Source: Oopsacas minuta (taxonomy: Eukaryota; Animalia; Porifera). Taken from it: 64,000 nt of DNA. Of the stretch, positions 39,073 through 52,535 are shown one piece after another. The notes under the pieces were generated by a model that did not search any database, had not been told where the DNA came from, and saw only the letters and a program-made list of their open reading frames with translations. The stretch is from NCBI GenBank assembly GCA_024704765.1, contig JAKMXF010000199.1:434001-498000 (forward strand), in the 5' to 3' direction. The translations under genes and the position numbers were made by a program. Within the stretch, counting starts at the first letter, position 1, and every line of letters begins with the position of its first letter.

Positions 39073-40391
39073 CAGGGGTTGTTCAATAAATAATGAGACT
39101 TTTTTCATAATTCATATAGTAAACCTACACTTATGATAATTGATTATCAAATGTTTCGATAAATTCCCCCTTCAACTTTAGACATCGTTTCCATCGTTCT
39201 GGTAACTTCTCCAGCCCAGTGGTATAGAATTCTTTGGGGGTCCCTTTTTCCTCACTGTTTATTTCATATTCCAGCCTTTTGAAATCCTCAAATCTCTTCC
39301 CTCCAAGAGGTCTCTTCATCTCTCCAAATAGCCAGTAGTCGCTGGGAGCCAGGTCTGGACTATACGGGGGATGAGGGAGGCATTCGAATCCTGAATCGTC
39401 AATTGCAGCTATTGTCTTGGAGCTTACATGGGACCTTGCATTGTCATGTTGTAGCAATACGCAATGTGACAAATTGCCTCGCATCTCACGTTTAATCGCT
39501 TGACGCAATTCTTTCAATTCGTCAACGTAATAATCACTGTTTATGGTTGTCTTCTCAGGCAACCAGTCGAGATGTATGATTCCTTTCCTATCTCAATCCC
39601 AAAATACTGTTGCCATTCTCTTCCCTGATGATTTTTCGGCCTTTACCTGGATGGGCACAGGTTCATCACGTCTCTTCCACTGCTTCCATTCGAGTTTTGC
39701 TCTCTGCTTCATAATAATGAATCTAAGTTTCATCCCCCCTTACTAAACGATCGAAAGAGTCTTCCTCTGCCTTGTATCTTGAATGTAATTCTTTGCTAAC
39801 TCTGACCCTTTCGCGTTTTTCTTCTTTGAAAGAGTTTTTGGGTCCAACGCGCAATTATCATTGACATTTCCAGATCTTCAGTGATAATCGAGTGTAGTGT
39901 GGCTTTTGATATACCTACCTCTCTTCTAACTGTCGCAGGGTTATTCGTTTGTCCTTGTCCAAAATTGTTTGGACCCTCTCGATATTACCCCGGGTTTTGA
40001 GGAAGTCGGACGACCTGGACGAGGGTCATCGTGGAGTTCGTCATCACCATTATCAAAACATTCGATCCATCTATATAGATATGGTGACTTTCGAAGGACA
40101 TTCATCACCGAAATTATCATGAATTTCACGAAGAATGTATGAGCCAGTCTTCCCCTTTTCCCACAAGTACCAAATTATTTGTCATTTTCTTTCTTTGCTA
40201 GAATCCATTAGTTGAAAAAAGTAGCCTATACAAATGAAAATTATACTAACGGATATGCTAGTAGAGTAAAGAGTATATTGCATCGAAGTTAAATAATCAA
40301 GTTAGGCTGCTATTCTGATATTAACTTAGAACTGTATTAATAAGAATATGAATTCAATAGATTAGTCTCATTACTTGTTGAACAACCCTCG
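39073..40391 (-). mobile_element. mariner (DD34D) element, frameshifted
   Basis: TA TSD; 28-bp TIRs C(AG/GA)GGGTTGTTCAA(T/C)AA(A/G)TAATGAGACT; LQHDNARSH...HPPYSPDLAPSDYWLF. Confidence 0.93.
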
Positions 40392-40399
40392 TAGATTGA

Positions 40400-40900
40400 A
40401 ATTTGTATTTCGAAACATGGGAAGTTAGCTACTGAATGATACAACGATTTGGTTGCCAATTTCACATTTCGCAATATCGAAATTGTGTTACTCAACTATA
40501 CAGAGATTTGTTTGTCAATTTCAAATGTCTGCTCATATTAACTCCAATAAAGACTATATACAGCATTTCACTCAATTTCCTATTTCGACACATGGGAAGT
40601 GAATCTCTGAACTATACAAAGATTTGATATTCAATTTCAATTTCGGGACATAGAAATTATGAAACTAAACCATACATATATTTGTCGGGCAATTCCAAAT
40701 GTCCCAGGTATTCACAGCAATTCACGCCTTTACAAAGCTTTTTACTCAATTTCCAAATTCTATACATGGGAAATACAATATTGAACTACACAAAGATTTG
40801 TTTGTTAATTTCAAATTTCGATACATTATACTTGTGAAACTAGACAATACAAAGAGTTATAAGTAAATTTCAAATGTCAAGACATATTCACTTGTTTAAA
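40400..40900 (+). repeat. ~174-bp tandem repeat (about 3 copies) built of ~58-bp subunits
   Basis: CATGGGAA at 40416, 40591 and 40765; CAAAGATTTG...CAATTTCA subunits between them. Confidence 0.8.
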
Positions 40901-41016
40901 TCCCTTGCTTTTAGGGGACAAAAGGATTATATAAAAGATTGTGATTAAATGTATATATTTCTAAAGATTGTTCTAGATGTCCTGAAAATTCAAATTTAAG
41001 AAATCATATTCCATCT

Positions 41017-41430
41017 AGGGTGCTGCATGTTCCCGCTGATGGAACTTGTTTATTTTCTTCTCTATCATCTTGCCTCACAGGTAGTACTGGCAATTTCCAT
41101 AAAATGCGTTCTTTAATGGTAGAAAATATGATTGGGAATTTTAAGGAAGAGTGTGATAGGTTTATTTGCAACAAATTTCCACGATCTGGAATGAATTATG
41201 GGAATGTTAACCATTACATAATTCAATCTAAAATGCAATGAGTCAATATGGGGTACTGATGATGAGTTATTCGTATCATCACTGTTGTTACAAACAGATA
41301 TTAGGGTTTTTACTTCAGATATGGAAATATATGGACAGTATTTTCTGGGAGTGGTAAAAAATTGATCGATACGTTAGAAACACCACCTATTAACCCATTT
41401 GGATCTATATATAAATTATAATGGAATTCA
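41017..41430 (+). pseudogene. OTU-family cysteine protease domain remnant
   Basis: VPADGTCLFSSLS..LTG....HKMR...SKM..GTDDEL...SLLLQTDIRVF...QYEPVV matches the OTU motifs DGNCLFRALS, WGTxxEI and HYxPV. Frameshifted; the catalytic His position reads Gln. Confidence 0.75.
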
Positions 41431-42083
41431 GTATGAGCCAGTTGTAAGGGTAGATTTGGCTAATTTTAAGTAATGAGTACTTCCTAATAAATATATTTGT
41501 ATATTAGTATATGTAGTCATAATTTACTGCTGTCTGCAGTATATTTGCTAATTTATTTGGGCAACGAATTTCGGCAATCGGCTGCAGCATAGACGTTAAT
41601 ACTAGACAAGTGAAACAAAAATATTTCGAATCTTTTATCGAAATTGTAATAGATTAAATACAGTATAACTTGGATATGACGCCCCCATGGCAAGCAAATT
41701 GGCACGCACTAACCGAGTTCTACCGATGTAAATTATATTATTTGTCAAACCAGTTAAATATACAAAGTCAATCAGTACTGTGTAAAATAAACAGGAAGGA
41801 GTTTAGAATGAGGAACCAGTAGTATAATTTTAAACTACACATTTGTATCCATAAATTGAAATTAGTCCTAAATTATAATATTAAAGGGATCTTGTACAAG
41901 TATAGGACACACTTCAACTATGGAATCCAGAATCATAACCTAAAAAATCTGTAGTTGAGAATTTAACTTCACATATTACTTGTAAATCAGCATTAGTTTA
42001 TTGGATGGAATAATATTCAGTGGCATGATTAAATTCTGAAGAATGTACATCAGCTATATACAAGGATTCTTACTAGTTAAATT

Positions 42084-45000
42084 CTAAGTTGGCTAATTCA
42101 TTGAAAAATAGTCAAGAATAATGAATAAATCTTTCTCAATTTATACATTATTCTTTTGAAGAGTTGATTAATTAATGTGTTTATGCAATTCATAATGATA
42201 TTGAATAATATATATCAGTGTTGCGAATTCTGAACCACTAGGGGACTAGAGAAACTGGTCGTAATAAAGAGAATTCATATTTATCAACTCGACTTTATAC
42301 AAAACCTATTTATGCATTAAAATTGGGGCCAGAAGGTTATTAATTCAAAATGAACGAATATTCATATTATTTACACTGAGTTGGAGTTATCGTCGTGTGG
42401 TAACACATTCTCAATAGGCTTTAGAACCTAGGTATAGTGAATAGATATATGCGACTAGTGTAATACAGATATCGTAGTACCTTCTATTATTTTCATAAAT
42501 GTGTTTGTATTTACAATTACTATTTAGTTTGTATCATCAGTTACTCCGCACAAGAAAAATTAAGCAATATGTCCACACAGCGATCATAACCTGTTTGGCC
42601 TATACTTGAGTTTAGTAGTATTATATCAAATATTGTATAACAAATTTTATAATTCCTGTTCTCTTTATATTTCCATTACGATTGACCACAATTGTTAAGT
42701 TTAGACTCTGGCTTAAACCTGCACTGGATAGGCGAATATACTTTGGCCCTTTCAAGTTCGCATCAATTACATTATTAATTGCCGAGGGCTACGAGGTCCA
42801 TATAATCTTGTCAAATTCTAATTCTTTATACATATTAGCAATTTTATTCTCCAATGGGCGACGAGGATGACGATGTTTCTATTCTCGATTCCAAAACAGT
42901 AGCACTTGATGGATTGGCTCCAAGTGTGTCAATACATAACAAGAGGAAAAGGTGGCATAAAAGTGTTGAGTGGAATACTGTTCGCATCTTAAAAGATCAT
43001 TCCAATAATCCATCTTGGGATTGTATACATTGCGGCAGGAGAGGGTACGGTGGGGTAACCCTTATACGAAATCATCTCTTGGGTAAATGATCTCTCTTTT
43101 CTCAAATGAAGTCCTGGCATACGGAAGCCAAGAGAATTGTCAAGGAAGCATTGGAAATGTATTCAGCACACAAGTAACAGACCCTTGGGAATTTTAATGC
43201 TGCTCATTTTGCTAAAGCGGGGCCTACATTGTTGGACAATTGGTCAAGCAGAAAAGTAAAAAATAAAGCGGACGGTGCTGTCGCAAATTGGATATTTGAA
43301 GATGCAAGGCCATGATGTCTGCAACTACACCTGCATTTCAAGAGCTCTTAGAAATGATCAACCATTACACTCTAATTACGAAAACTATTTACAAAGCCTC
43401 TTCCCATAACATAATACAAGGGACACTCATGAATAAGTCCATTGATGATATGAAAATTGAACTAGAGCGCCTTCAAGTAGTTGCTGAGAAGTACGGTACA
43501 AAATCATTTCTGACAGTTGGAAGAACTGTAAAAGGCAACCTATTATTAACTTGGTAATGGTGACTCGAGATGGGGTTTTATTTTTTGATTGTATCGACAA
43601 GAAAGGTCATTAAAGGATGCAAAATTTATAATTGATTTAATTCAGAGGGGTTTGGAAGAACATGTCCCTAAATGTCTTCAAGGCACGGAATGTTTGAGTG
43701 ATGGATGGAGCTTGTATAAAGGCGCTTGTACTAGAAAACGTTGCCCACACCTGGTACAGCTAAATGTGCTTGTCATGGTCTGGATCTCATGCTAGAGAAA
43801 CTTTGTGGCCAAAGTGGCGAGAAAACTAAAAAGAAACAAGAGTGGGCATTTAGTGCAATTCAGAGATCGGAGTTTACTGTAAGTTTTGTCTTAAACCACG
43901 AGTTCAGCTTAGGTCTTTATCGAAAATATGCTCAGGGTGTGGATGGGGTTAACAAATAGATTTCGAAACCTGCAGACACCAGATTCGCTACCAAATTTCT
44001 GCTTGTGTCCCGAGCAGTTGATGTGTTCAGTAATCTTGAGCGCGTTGCGGTTGATTCTGAGTGGACTTCTAGGCACAAGGAGAAGAGCCAGAAGGTTCAA
44101 CAAGCCGGTGTGCTAAGGTAAAACATGAATTGCAGATGAGCTCGTTGTGGAATCACGCTAAGGATCTTGTGAAATTTTTCACTCATCTATTTTTGATTTT
44201 GCGTCTTTCAGATCAAGGTGGCCCAGCAATGGCTGTATTAGATGTTAAAATGCGGGAAGCACGAGAAACGATGATAAATTTTGAAACAAATAAATATGTT
44301 ACTGAGTTACGTCTCCGTAACTGTGTTAAGTTGTTTGATGCGTGTTGGAAGTGGTTTCATAACCCTGTGCATCGAGTTGGGTATCTCATGAACCCATATT
44401 ATACCTTCGAAACTAAACGTGCCGAAGATACCGAGGAAAATTTGGAAGCATTAATGCTTATTCTATCAAAGTTCCTGCCCAATTTTAGTGATCAGGCAAA
44501 GGCGTTGAGTCAGTAAAATTTCTTTCGTGAACTAGGAGGTGCATTTGGAAGTCCATTGGCTCGAGTAGCTGTCCATACGATACCACCTCACAAATGGTTT
44601 GGTACATTCGGTGTAGTTGCATGCCAGTTTAGCCCATCGCAATGAAATACTTAATGTGCGCGTAGATCAATCTGAAGCCGAGCACAGTCTTAAACGCAAA
44701 GCAAACATTCATTCAAAGACAAGGAACAGAATGACTCATGAAAATGTTCGAAATCTTGTATGGCTGTCAATAAATCTGGTGTTAAAACGTCGATGGTTTA
44801 AAGAAGGAGTTTAAGGTTTCAATGTTGATCAGCAACAATATTACTCTTAGTCTCAAACTACGGCACGTCAAACTCAACTTGAAAGAAGTTCAAGAGAATC
44901 AGAGGATGAGGACATTAATCAGTCGATTGCAGATACGATCATAGCTCTGATACAGAATCAACTATTGAGCTGGAATCAGATTTAGATTTAAATTTAGAGC

Positions 45001-45270
45001 TCGAGTTGTATGTGACCTTAGGCTGATGACTACTGACTACAGTTTCTCGACCTAGTTACCGATTAATGCATAGTATTATTCAATCACTCAACATGCCTTA
45101 TTCTTAGCGTTTATTAAATTATCATGAATTCTTCATGGAGAACAATGATTCATGAAGTATTTAAAATGAATTATTCAAAAAGAATTATTCGTGAATTATT
45201 CACAAAAAATTATTCATTTTTAACCTAGCGAATAATGAATTATTCATTATTCATGAATTAGTCAACTTAG
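42084..45270 (+). mobile_element. hAT element of the Tag1-like type (BED finger, DUF659-like core, dimerisation domain), degenerate
   Basis: Perfect 8-bp TSD GTTAAATT (42076-42083 and 45271-45278); TIRs CTAAGTTG(G/A)CTAATTCAT; WDCIHC...GGVT.IRNHL, CHGLDLMLE, PVHRVGYLMNPY and IHSKTRNRM..ENVRNLV; GAATTATTC subterminal repeats. Confidence 0.9.
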
Positions 45271-46379
45271 GTTAAATTGTCTAGAATTACAAATGAAATT
45301 GCTACAATTCCTTACAGATTCTCATTGGTCATTACAATTTCAATAAGGTTATACGACTTCTGTGTATAAAATGTATTGTTCGAAAGCAATTGTACCTGAT
45401 AAAAATTCAGAATAGTTTTTGAGTTATATTTGCAGAAAAATCCTACAAATATTCATTTGGAGTCAATACTTGATTGTTGTTCTTACATTTGTAAATGGCT
45501 GTATTTTGAAATTTTTGATTACTTAAACAAGTCTAAAGAATTTAGGAAGTGCAAAATAGAATGGTAACTAAAGCAAGCAGGATCATGTGACTTCCTATGC
45601 GTAAGATCACAGTCACTGTGTATAGGCTTACAAGACAACAACCATAGTCTATACATCCTCTATAGTATTGTAAAGACTAAAGAAATTGAGAAATATTATA
45701 TACTTTCAAAAAGATTAACAAGTCAGAAAAACCACAGGCGGCACCCTATTTTTCTTTAAGAAATTGAATAATAGGATACGATAGAAGGTATCTGGAAAGT
45801 TTGAGGTGATACTGGTTGTAAATAATTTCTAAAATTGGCTTCAAAGTTTGAGTTAGTAACAAACAAAAAACTGTGAATTTAATGATTTTAGAATGCTGTT
45901 GTGGGTGATAATTTTTTGGTATTTCACGATCATATTGATAGCGTTAGAAGCGATCACATCTCAACTATAGATTAGCATTAAATTTTAAAGATTCAGTATG
46001 GTTTAGGTTAAGAAACAAGAGTTTAAACTAACCCTATTTTATGTATAAGCTATTCCATCCCCCTCAAACTCTGATTCCCAACATCAACTTTGAAATCTGA
46101 TAGCTCAGCGTTTTGTAGGAATTTTTGAAAGATTTTAATTCACACAAACGTCCATTTCTCCTAAATATATGAATGAAATTTCAGAATCAAATGAAGTTGT
46201 ATCATGATCACTATGACAAAAACACTGTAAAAAGTAAAAATTTTAAAAATTATTTATATTGCCTAAAACAGCCAACAATCCTCTAACGAATGATACCAAT
46301 TACGCATAAATCAGAGATGTACAAGTGAGTAAAATTAGTGATTAAAGTTACATTGTCGAATACTAGGCTAACTTCACAC

Positions 46380-46660
46380 GAAATTTCGTAGACCCAATGC
46401 GTTATTAACATGGAGATAGCACCTGATATGGGCTATTTTCCCGCTCGCATATAAATATTCCCGAATTTTACTCGCCCTGAGTGCATGGGCCAGCCTAAAT
46501 AAGGCCTGGTTCGAACTTGACCTCTTTTTTGTCAAATTTCGAAATAACTGTATCGCTATATGTATCCTGTTAACACTCCCAGTTGTTGTTGTAAGTGGTG
46601 AGAGAAGTTTTTCGAAGCTGAAACTGATGAAAATATATATTATTTCTTCAATCACACGAA
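46380..46660 (+). pseudogene. hAT dimerisation-domain fragment
   Basis: IAICILLTLPVVVVSGERSFSKLKLMKIYI. Confidence 0.7.
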
Positions 46661-46673
46661 AGACATGTAGGCT

Positions 46674-47194
46674 TGCGGCCGTAGCCACTGGCCAGGTTGG
46701 TTAGCTTAACCTGACCACTCAACCAAGTTGGCCAAGTATGGTCGAGTTTCATCTAATTATTAAGTATAGGTATTTAACCAGTCCCGAGCATAGGAATGTA
46801 GTAACCTATTGGCTAACAAGATATTTCTAGGATTTCTTTGTCACCCACATTTGATTATATTCCGACCTACTATTGACATGATTTCAGCACGTAACTACTA
46901 TCTGAGATCGATTTAGATCCTTCTGACTTTCTGGGTATACTTTTAACCAACTTCTGGAATAATATTTAATAATATCATAGCTTAGAATTATAGCCTTGCC
47001 TAGAGTCACACTTATATATAATATATCATGGCCGTGGCCATCGGTCTGGTTTGACAAGTTTCAATCAGACCGACTTTGCTACCAAATATTCCAATAATTC
47101 ACCAACAGGTCCAGTTGCATAAGTTAACCTGACCACTTGTCTTGTTTAGGCTGTATTCAACAGGACCACTTGAATTTTCATGGCTACGGCCCTG
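46674..47194. mobile_element. hAT-type MITE with CAGGGCCGTAGCCA-type ends
   Basis: Ends (tgc)GGCCGTAGCCA and TGGCTACGGCCCTG; internal TTAACCTGACCACT repeats. No clean TSD. Confidence 0.55.
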
Positions 47195-47789
47195 GATTGG
47201 CCAAAATCTGTTGAATATGAAATTGCGCAAAAGATGGATCTTAAGAGACCAGTGACTGAATTTGCTAATACTTGAAAAGTAGATTTGATACTTAGGTTGT
47301 TGTTATAACTTTACTACCTACACTTCATTTAATTTTTTTCAAAATTGTATTTTTAGGACATGTATTCAAAATTTGGAGGGCCGATTGTGGGGGGCTCGAC
47401 TCAAGGACCGGGCTTGTGGCTAGTAACATATACTTTGCTATTCCTATAAAAGGAAATAATTTTTCATTCATGAATGTCTCTATTCCCTGTTTTGTAGCCA
47501 TATGTAAGGGGACCTGTGATTTAACTAACATAGTAAATGACGCAGCATGGCCTACATAAATACTGATGTATATGTCACCGAGAAGGCTTGCATATATTTT
47601 AGAGCTTAGTTGTGTATTAAAGAAATCATTGCTGTGTCATAGAATATGTAATGATAAAATAACATCCAAATCACTGGCTGGTGCTGTAGCTCAGCCACTA
47701 GGCACTAGGTCATGTTTCGTAACACAAAACTAAATCATTACTCTAGGGCAGGGGCTTTCAGTCTGGTGTACCTTAGGACCACTCTTATA

Positions 47790-49123
47790 CAGGGTGTTAA
47801 GCAATTGATGTCGTAATTTATATATCTTTAACTAAGTACCCAATTTAGACGATTAAATCATGATAATCGAACTTGATATTCCTTTTAAGTGTATGCTTCA
47901 TGAATTCATAAGTAGTATTCTAGTTGATATTAACTGATATTCTTCTATACCGGAAAATAAAATTCCTAACATTCTTTAGTGTTTCCATGGTTGCCGAATA
48001 CACTATTGATGTCCGCAATCGTGCTATCAGTATGATTATAGCAGGAATGTCCCAAACGAAGGTTTCTCATGCTCCGAAGATTACCTTGAGAACAACACAG
48101 CGTTGGTGGGCACTTTCTAGAGGTGGTAAATCGTTGGGAAAACAAGCCTGGACGTGGTCAAAAAAATTCCCTGTCGAAAGCAGCGAAGATCAAAAAAATT
48201 TCTAGATCCTTATCCAAACCTCACAAATCAACTAGGATATTGACCAAGAATTTGAGAAGGAGAAGCATAGTAGCAGTATCTTACGTTACTGTATTAAATA
48301 ATTTGAAAAGTTTGAATGCTACTCCTTATAAACTCAAAAACAGCCAAAGTTAATCGATTCTCGGTAAAAAGCCCGTGTAAAATTCTTCAAAGGTAGGAAG
48401 AACTGGAGTGTGTAAGAATGGAGATGAATACTATTTCAGATGAATCACCATTTCAACTTTATCATACTCCAAATCGGCAAATAACAGAGTGTGGACTAGG
48501 AAACGAGATAGTATACCTCCAGTAGAGACTGTGAAGTACCCTCTAAAAGTAAATATGTGGGGTATGATGTTCTGCTCTACCTTATCAGAATTGTACTTTA
48601 TTCCACGAGGTAGGACCGTAAATACAGAATATTATGTAGGGGAAAATTTTGAAGAAAGCTTAGATATCTAGACTTAAAATAAAAATTGAACCCATTTATA
48701 CACGAAAAATAATGAAATACTATCCCAGGCCATTTTCCAACAAGATTGGGCGCCAGCTCATACCACTAAAAGAACTAAAGAGTGGTGTTTGAAGAATTTT
48801 AAAGCTTTTTGACCTAAAGAAGTATGCCTGCGAATTCGCAGGACTTGAATCCTATATAAAATCTGTGGGCAATACTCCAAAATCAACTGGATTCAATGCC
48901 CCACGCAACAAATGAAGAAAATTCAAAAACAATCTCAAACTGGGATGTTCTCAGGTGACGTAGGATGTTTTGGCCAATCTTATAGCTTCACTGCCAAATA
49001 GGATAAAATTATCCTTTGCTAACAATGGCGGTTATATAAGAAAGTAAGGAACACATTAGTACACTACAAAAATATGTTTTATTTGTCCATCCTATATTAC
49101 GGCAGTAATTGCTTAACACCCTG
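47790..49123 (+). mobile_element. Tc1-like DD37E-family element, degenerate
   Basis: TA TSD; TIRs CAGGGTGTTAAGCAATT; SDESPF, QQDWAPAH and DLNPI remnants with many stops. Confidence 0.9.
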
Positions 49124-50393
49124 TATATGTGGGAAATTACAAATTCTTCTTGGGCATCTTCTTGCTCATCTGGAATGCAATCTTCCACTCATTTCAAGGG
49201 TTTTGAACAAAATTAAATTCGAATTACCTGATATATTAGAAATATCGTGTATTTTTCTCCTTCATAACTTTGAGTTGTAAAATAATTGGATTACTCAACT
49301 CAGCAGGTAATCGATAATCATGGATTTCAATTCACTTGTGACCCTAGAAAACATGAACAGTCTCACATTTTCGATTTTTTTATCCATAGGTCGAGTATAC
49401 TTGGAAAGCTGTCTGATTCTCTAAAAGAATTCACAATATTACTTGTTTAACTGTAATGAAATGTTGAGGATATTTAACCTTTCGAAAATTTCAAGGAGAT
49501 AAGAGAGGGTCAGAAGCCAAGAACTATCATTAAATAGTGCTACCCAGTCTTCTGTATTATTCTAATTGAAAAACCCTTGAACTTCTACATGCAAATCAAG
49601 AAGACGCTTAAGTACACATCCCTTTGACAACCAACGATCTTCTGTGTGGTACAAAAGCGTTTTGGAAACAACAATAGTAATACACAACCTGATGAAAATT
49701 GGTGTTATTGTAGATGTCGTTATTGTAGTGTGGTAGTACTTTGAAAATAATGAAGATAGGTGAAAAGGACGTAACAATCGATCAAGATTTGAGGAAGTTA
49801 CACAAATTTTCATTTATATTAAAGGAAGCCAAACCCATACTAATTTTGACATTGCAGAATGCTTGTGTATTGTGCATATTCTTCGTTAGGATGATGATGA
49901 TGACAATGATGATGATGATCTAGACACATACCATGAGATAAATATTTCGAATACCTTAACTTACTCATATATGTCAATTGCAAAGTTGAGTAGTAAATAA
50001 TAGGTATTGTTCATTAACCTGAAAGAAATCACAAAAAGAACCTATTGAACTTCATAATTGCAGCTATTAGAAAGTATTACTCTGTAATGTGATTACAAGT
50101 GAAGGTATGTATACTATACCTGCACAAGATTGTTGGCTATGCTATGAAAGATATTTAATATTTGTACAATGTTATGCACAGAACACCACACTAGAGGGTA
50201 ATGCTTTCAAATTGCTGCAATTATGAAGTTAATTTTGTTCTTTTTGTGATTTCTTTCAGGTTAATGAAATAGCACGTAGCCAGAGCGTAGTGTTAGGAGG
50301 GGCAAGTAAACTTTAGCGGGGGCTTGGATAATTAAGATTTATATATAAAATTTTTGGAGTAGGCCGATACCCAAACTGCCAAGCTATTTGGGG

Positions 50394-52291
50394 CAGTGGC
50401 GACGCTAGAGTATCTCAAGAGGGGGTGCAATGGGGGTTCTGATAATTTTAAGGGAGTGAAATCATTATTCGGTTAACATAGTAGAATGTATCAATGATTT
50501 TAGTGTTACTCAAATCTAGCGTTATAAAGCATTGACATAATTTAATAACAATAAGAAAACCTTAAAAGCTAATCAAAAGTGCTAAATTATAATTATATTG
50601 TTTATTAACACTTTTATCTTATTATTGGGCTGTTCCGTGAAGATTTCAGGCATTAATTAACCTGGAAGCCTCGTAATACCTGTGATCAAATAATTATTAC
50701 TTGTGAGGATTCAAGATTTTATTAATATAAACGTTGTGAGTACGTGTTTTGTCTACTTGTTCCAAATTTCAACATGTCCAAAAGACCACTTTCGCGGGGT
50801 CAAGTATTTCTCTTGCTAAAATGAGAAGTGAACTAGAAGTCAGTGAACGAAGCCCTGTAATGACATTCCAGTCTTACTCAGACGACACAATATGGGATGA
50901 AATGGGTCATACTAGCAATTTTGAAGAGCAGGTTGAGCCTCCTATTTTATTGTTTCAGCCTAAATTGTCCATTTCTGACTCTGTAACTGTAAGACATTTC
51001 GATGTTTCGAAAACACCATCTGACAATCAGTACAAGCCAAAGCTTTCGGTTTTTCCAACTCGTAATGGAAAGATTTCAAAGTGACTGGTATCTAAGGTTC
51101 CCATGGATTAAGTACAGCTAAGAGAGAGATTCCGTATTTTGTTTTGCGTGCTCACACTTCCCTCAACATGACACTCATGATAACTTCACTTCGATCGGCT
51201 TTCACGAATGAAATCACGGTGTCCAGAAGCTTCAGAAACATGCTGATAGGTTTTCTCATAAAACGTTAGTGATGGCCAAAGTTCAACAGGAGTCAATGAC
51301 AGGCAGCGTGACCGCTCAGTAACAGGCCATTTCGCTTAAACAGCTCGAGGAGAATAGACACTATGTGCGAACTGTTGCTGAGGTACTGGAGCTATGTGCT
51401 CGACAGAGCCTAGCCTTTCGTGGACATCGTGAGTCAGACAGTGAAAGGAATCGTGGTAACTTTCCTAAGCTTCTGACGCTCATTTCCAAGAAGGACAGTA
51501 TTGTTCGCACCAAGTTAGAAGGACTCAAGTATGCTCGCTATACACACCATGACATCCAAAACGAAATTATCGAAACGTTCGCGTAGTTAATAAGGAAAGA
51601 TATCTTGAAAGATGTCTAATTATCCAAATGGTTTTCCATTCTTGTAGATGAGTCCCGAGATGTAGCCAAAATTGAGTAGCTAAGCGTATATCTTCGCTAC
51701 TTAAATGATGGTTCGCAAAAGAGAAGAATTTATTGGCTTTTGGAGACAGACGGGCTGCAGAAGATGCTTGACAATAGCAAAGAGGTACCGAAAAGTCTCT
51801 GGGAGCTGCATCAGATTCTATCAGTTAATGCCGAACCACTTCCTTTCTTATACCAACTTAGTCTGATATCATTGGTAATTCCTATCACTACAGCTTCGTG
51901 TGAATAGAGTTTCTGCAGCCTCCCTCGAGTAAAAACGTGGGTTAAAAATTCAATGTCAGAGCAGAGGCTCTCAGGGCTAGGGTTAATGGCTCTCAAGGTT
52001 CGGAATGTGGATTATGATGTTTTTATCGAAAAGCTTTCGCAAACATATTGAAGGATCCAATTAAAATAACCAATGTTGATGGAATACTTAGTAGTTATAC
52101 TTAATGATATTTATAAATAATTCATACTTTAGAACCTTATGTATTCCAGTTTATTAGATATTCTATTACACATAAATAGAATAAAATGCATATATATCCC
52201 TTGAAATTTTGTCAGCACCCCCTTTAGGGGTGCTGACAGATTTTCAAGAGGTGCTATAGCACCTCCCAGCGCCCCCTTGGCGCCGCCACTG
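50394..52291 (+). mobile_element. Tip100/ZMYM1-like hAT element, internally deleted and degenerate
   Basis: TIRs CAGTGGCG; TSD (A/C)TTTGGGG; FCFACSHF, LAFRGHRE...RGNF...DIQNEII, FSILVDESRD and ITTASCE*SF motifs. Confidence 0.9.
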
Positions 52292-52535
52292 CTTTGGGGG
52301 AAGGTAAAATTACTTAGTTCATAAATATTCAATCAACTCTGGCATTCAATAGTTTCGCTTAATAATCGCCTACATTGTGACATTCCAATGAACTACAAAT
52401 CTATTTTAATCTCATAAATTCAAATAATATCTAAAATAAACGAAGTCTTCTATCCTTCTTCCTAGAATGGTGATTATTGCCATGAGGAATGACTTCACTA
52501 TTCGCATATAAAATGTAATCAAACTGGGAAGAATA

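Noticed and set aside
47675-47725. GTAGCTCAG followed by a weak B-box-like motif (tRNA or SINE head)
   Set aside because: No cloverleaf and a poor B box.
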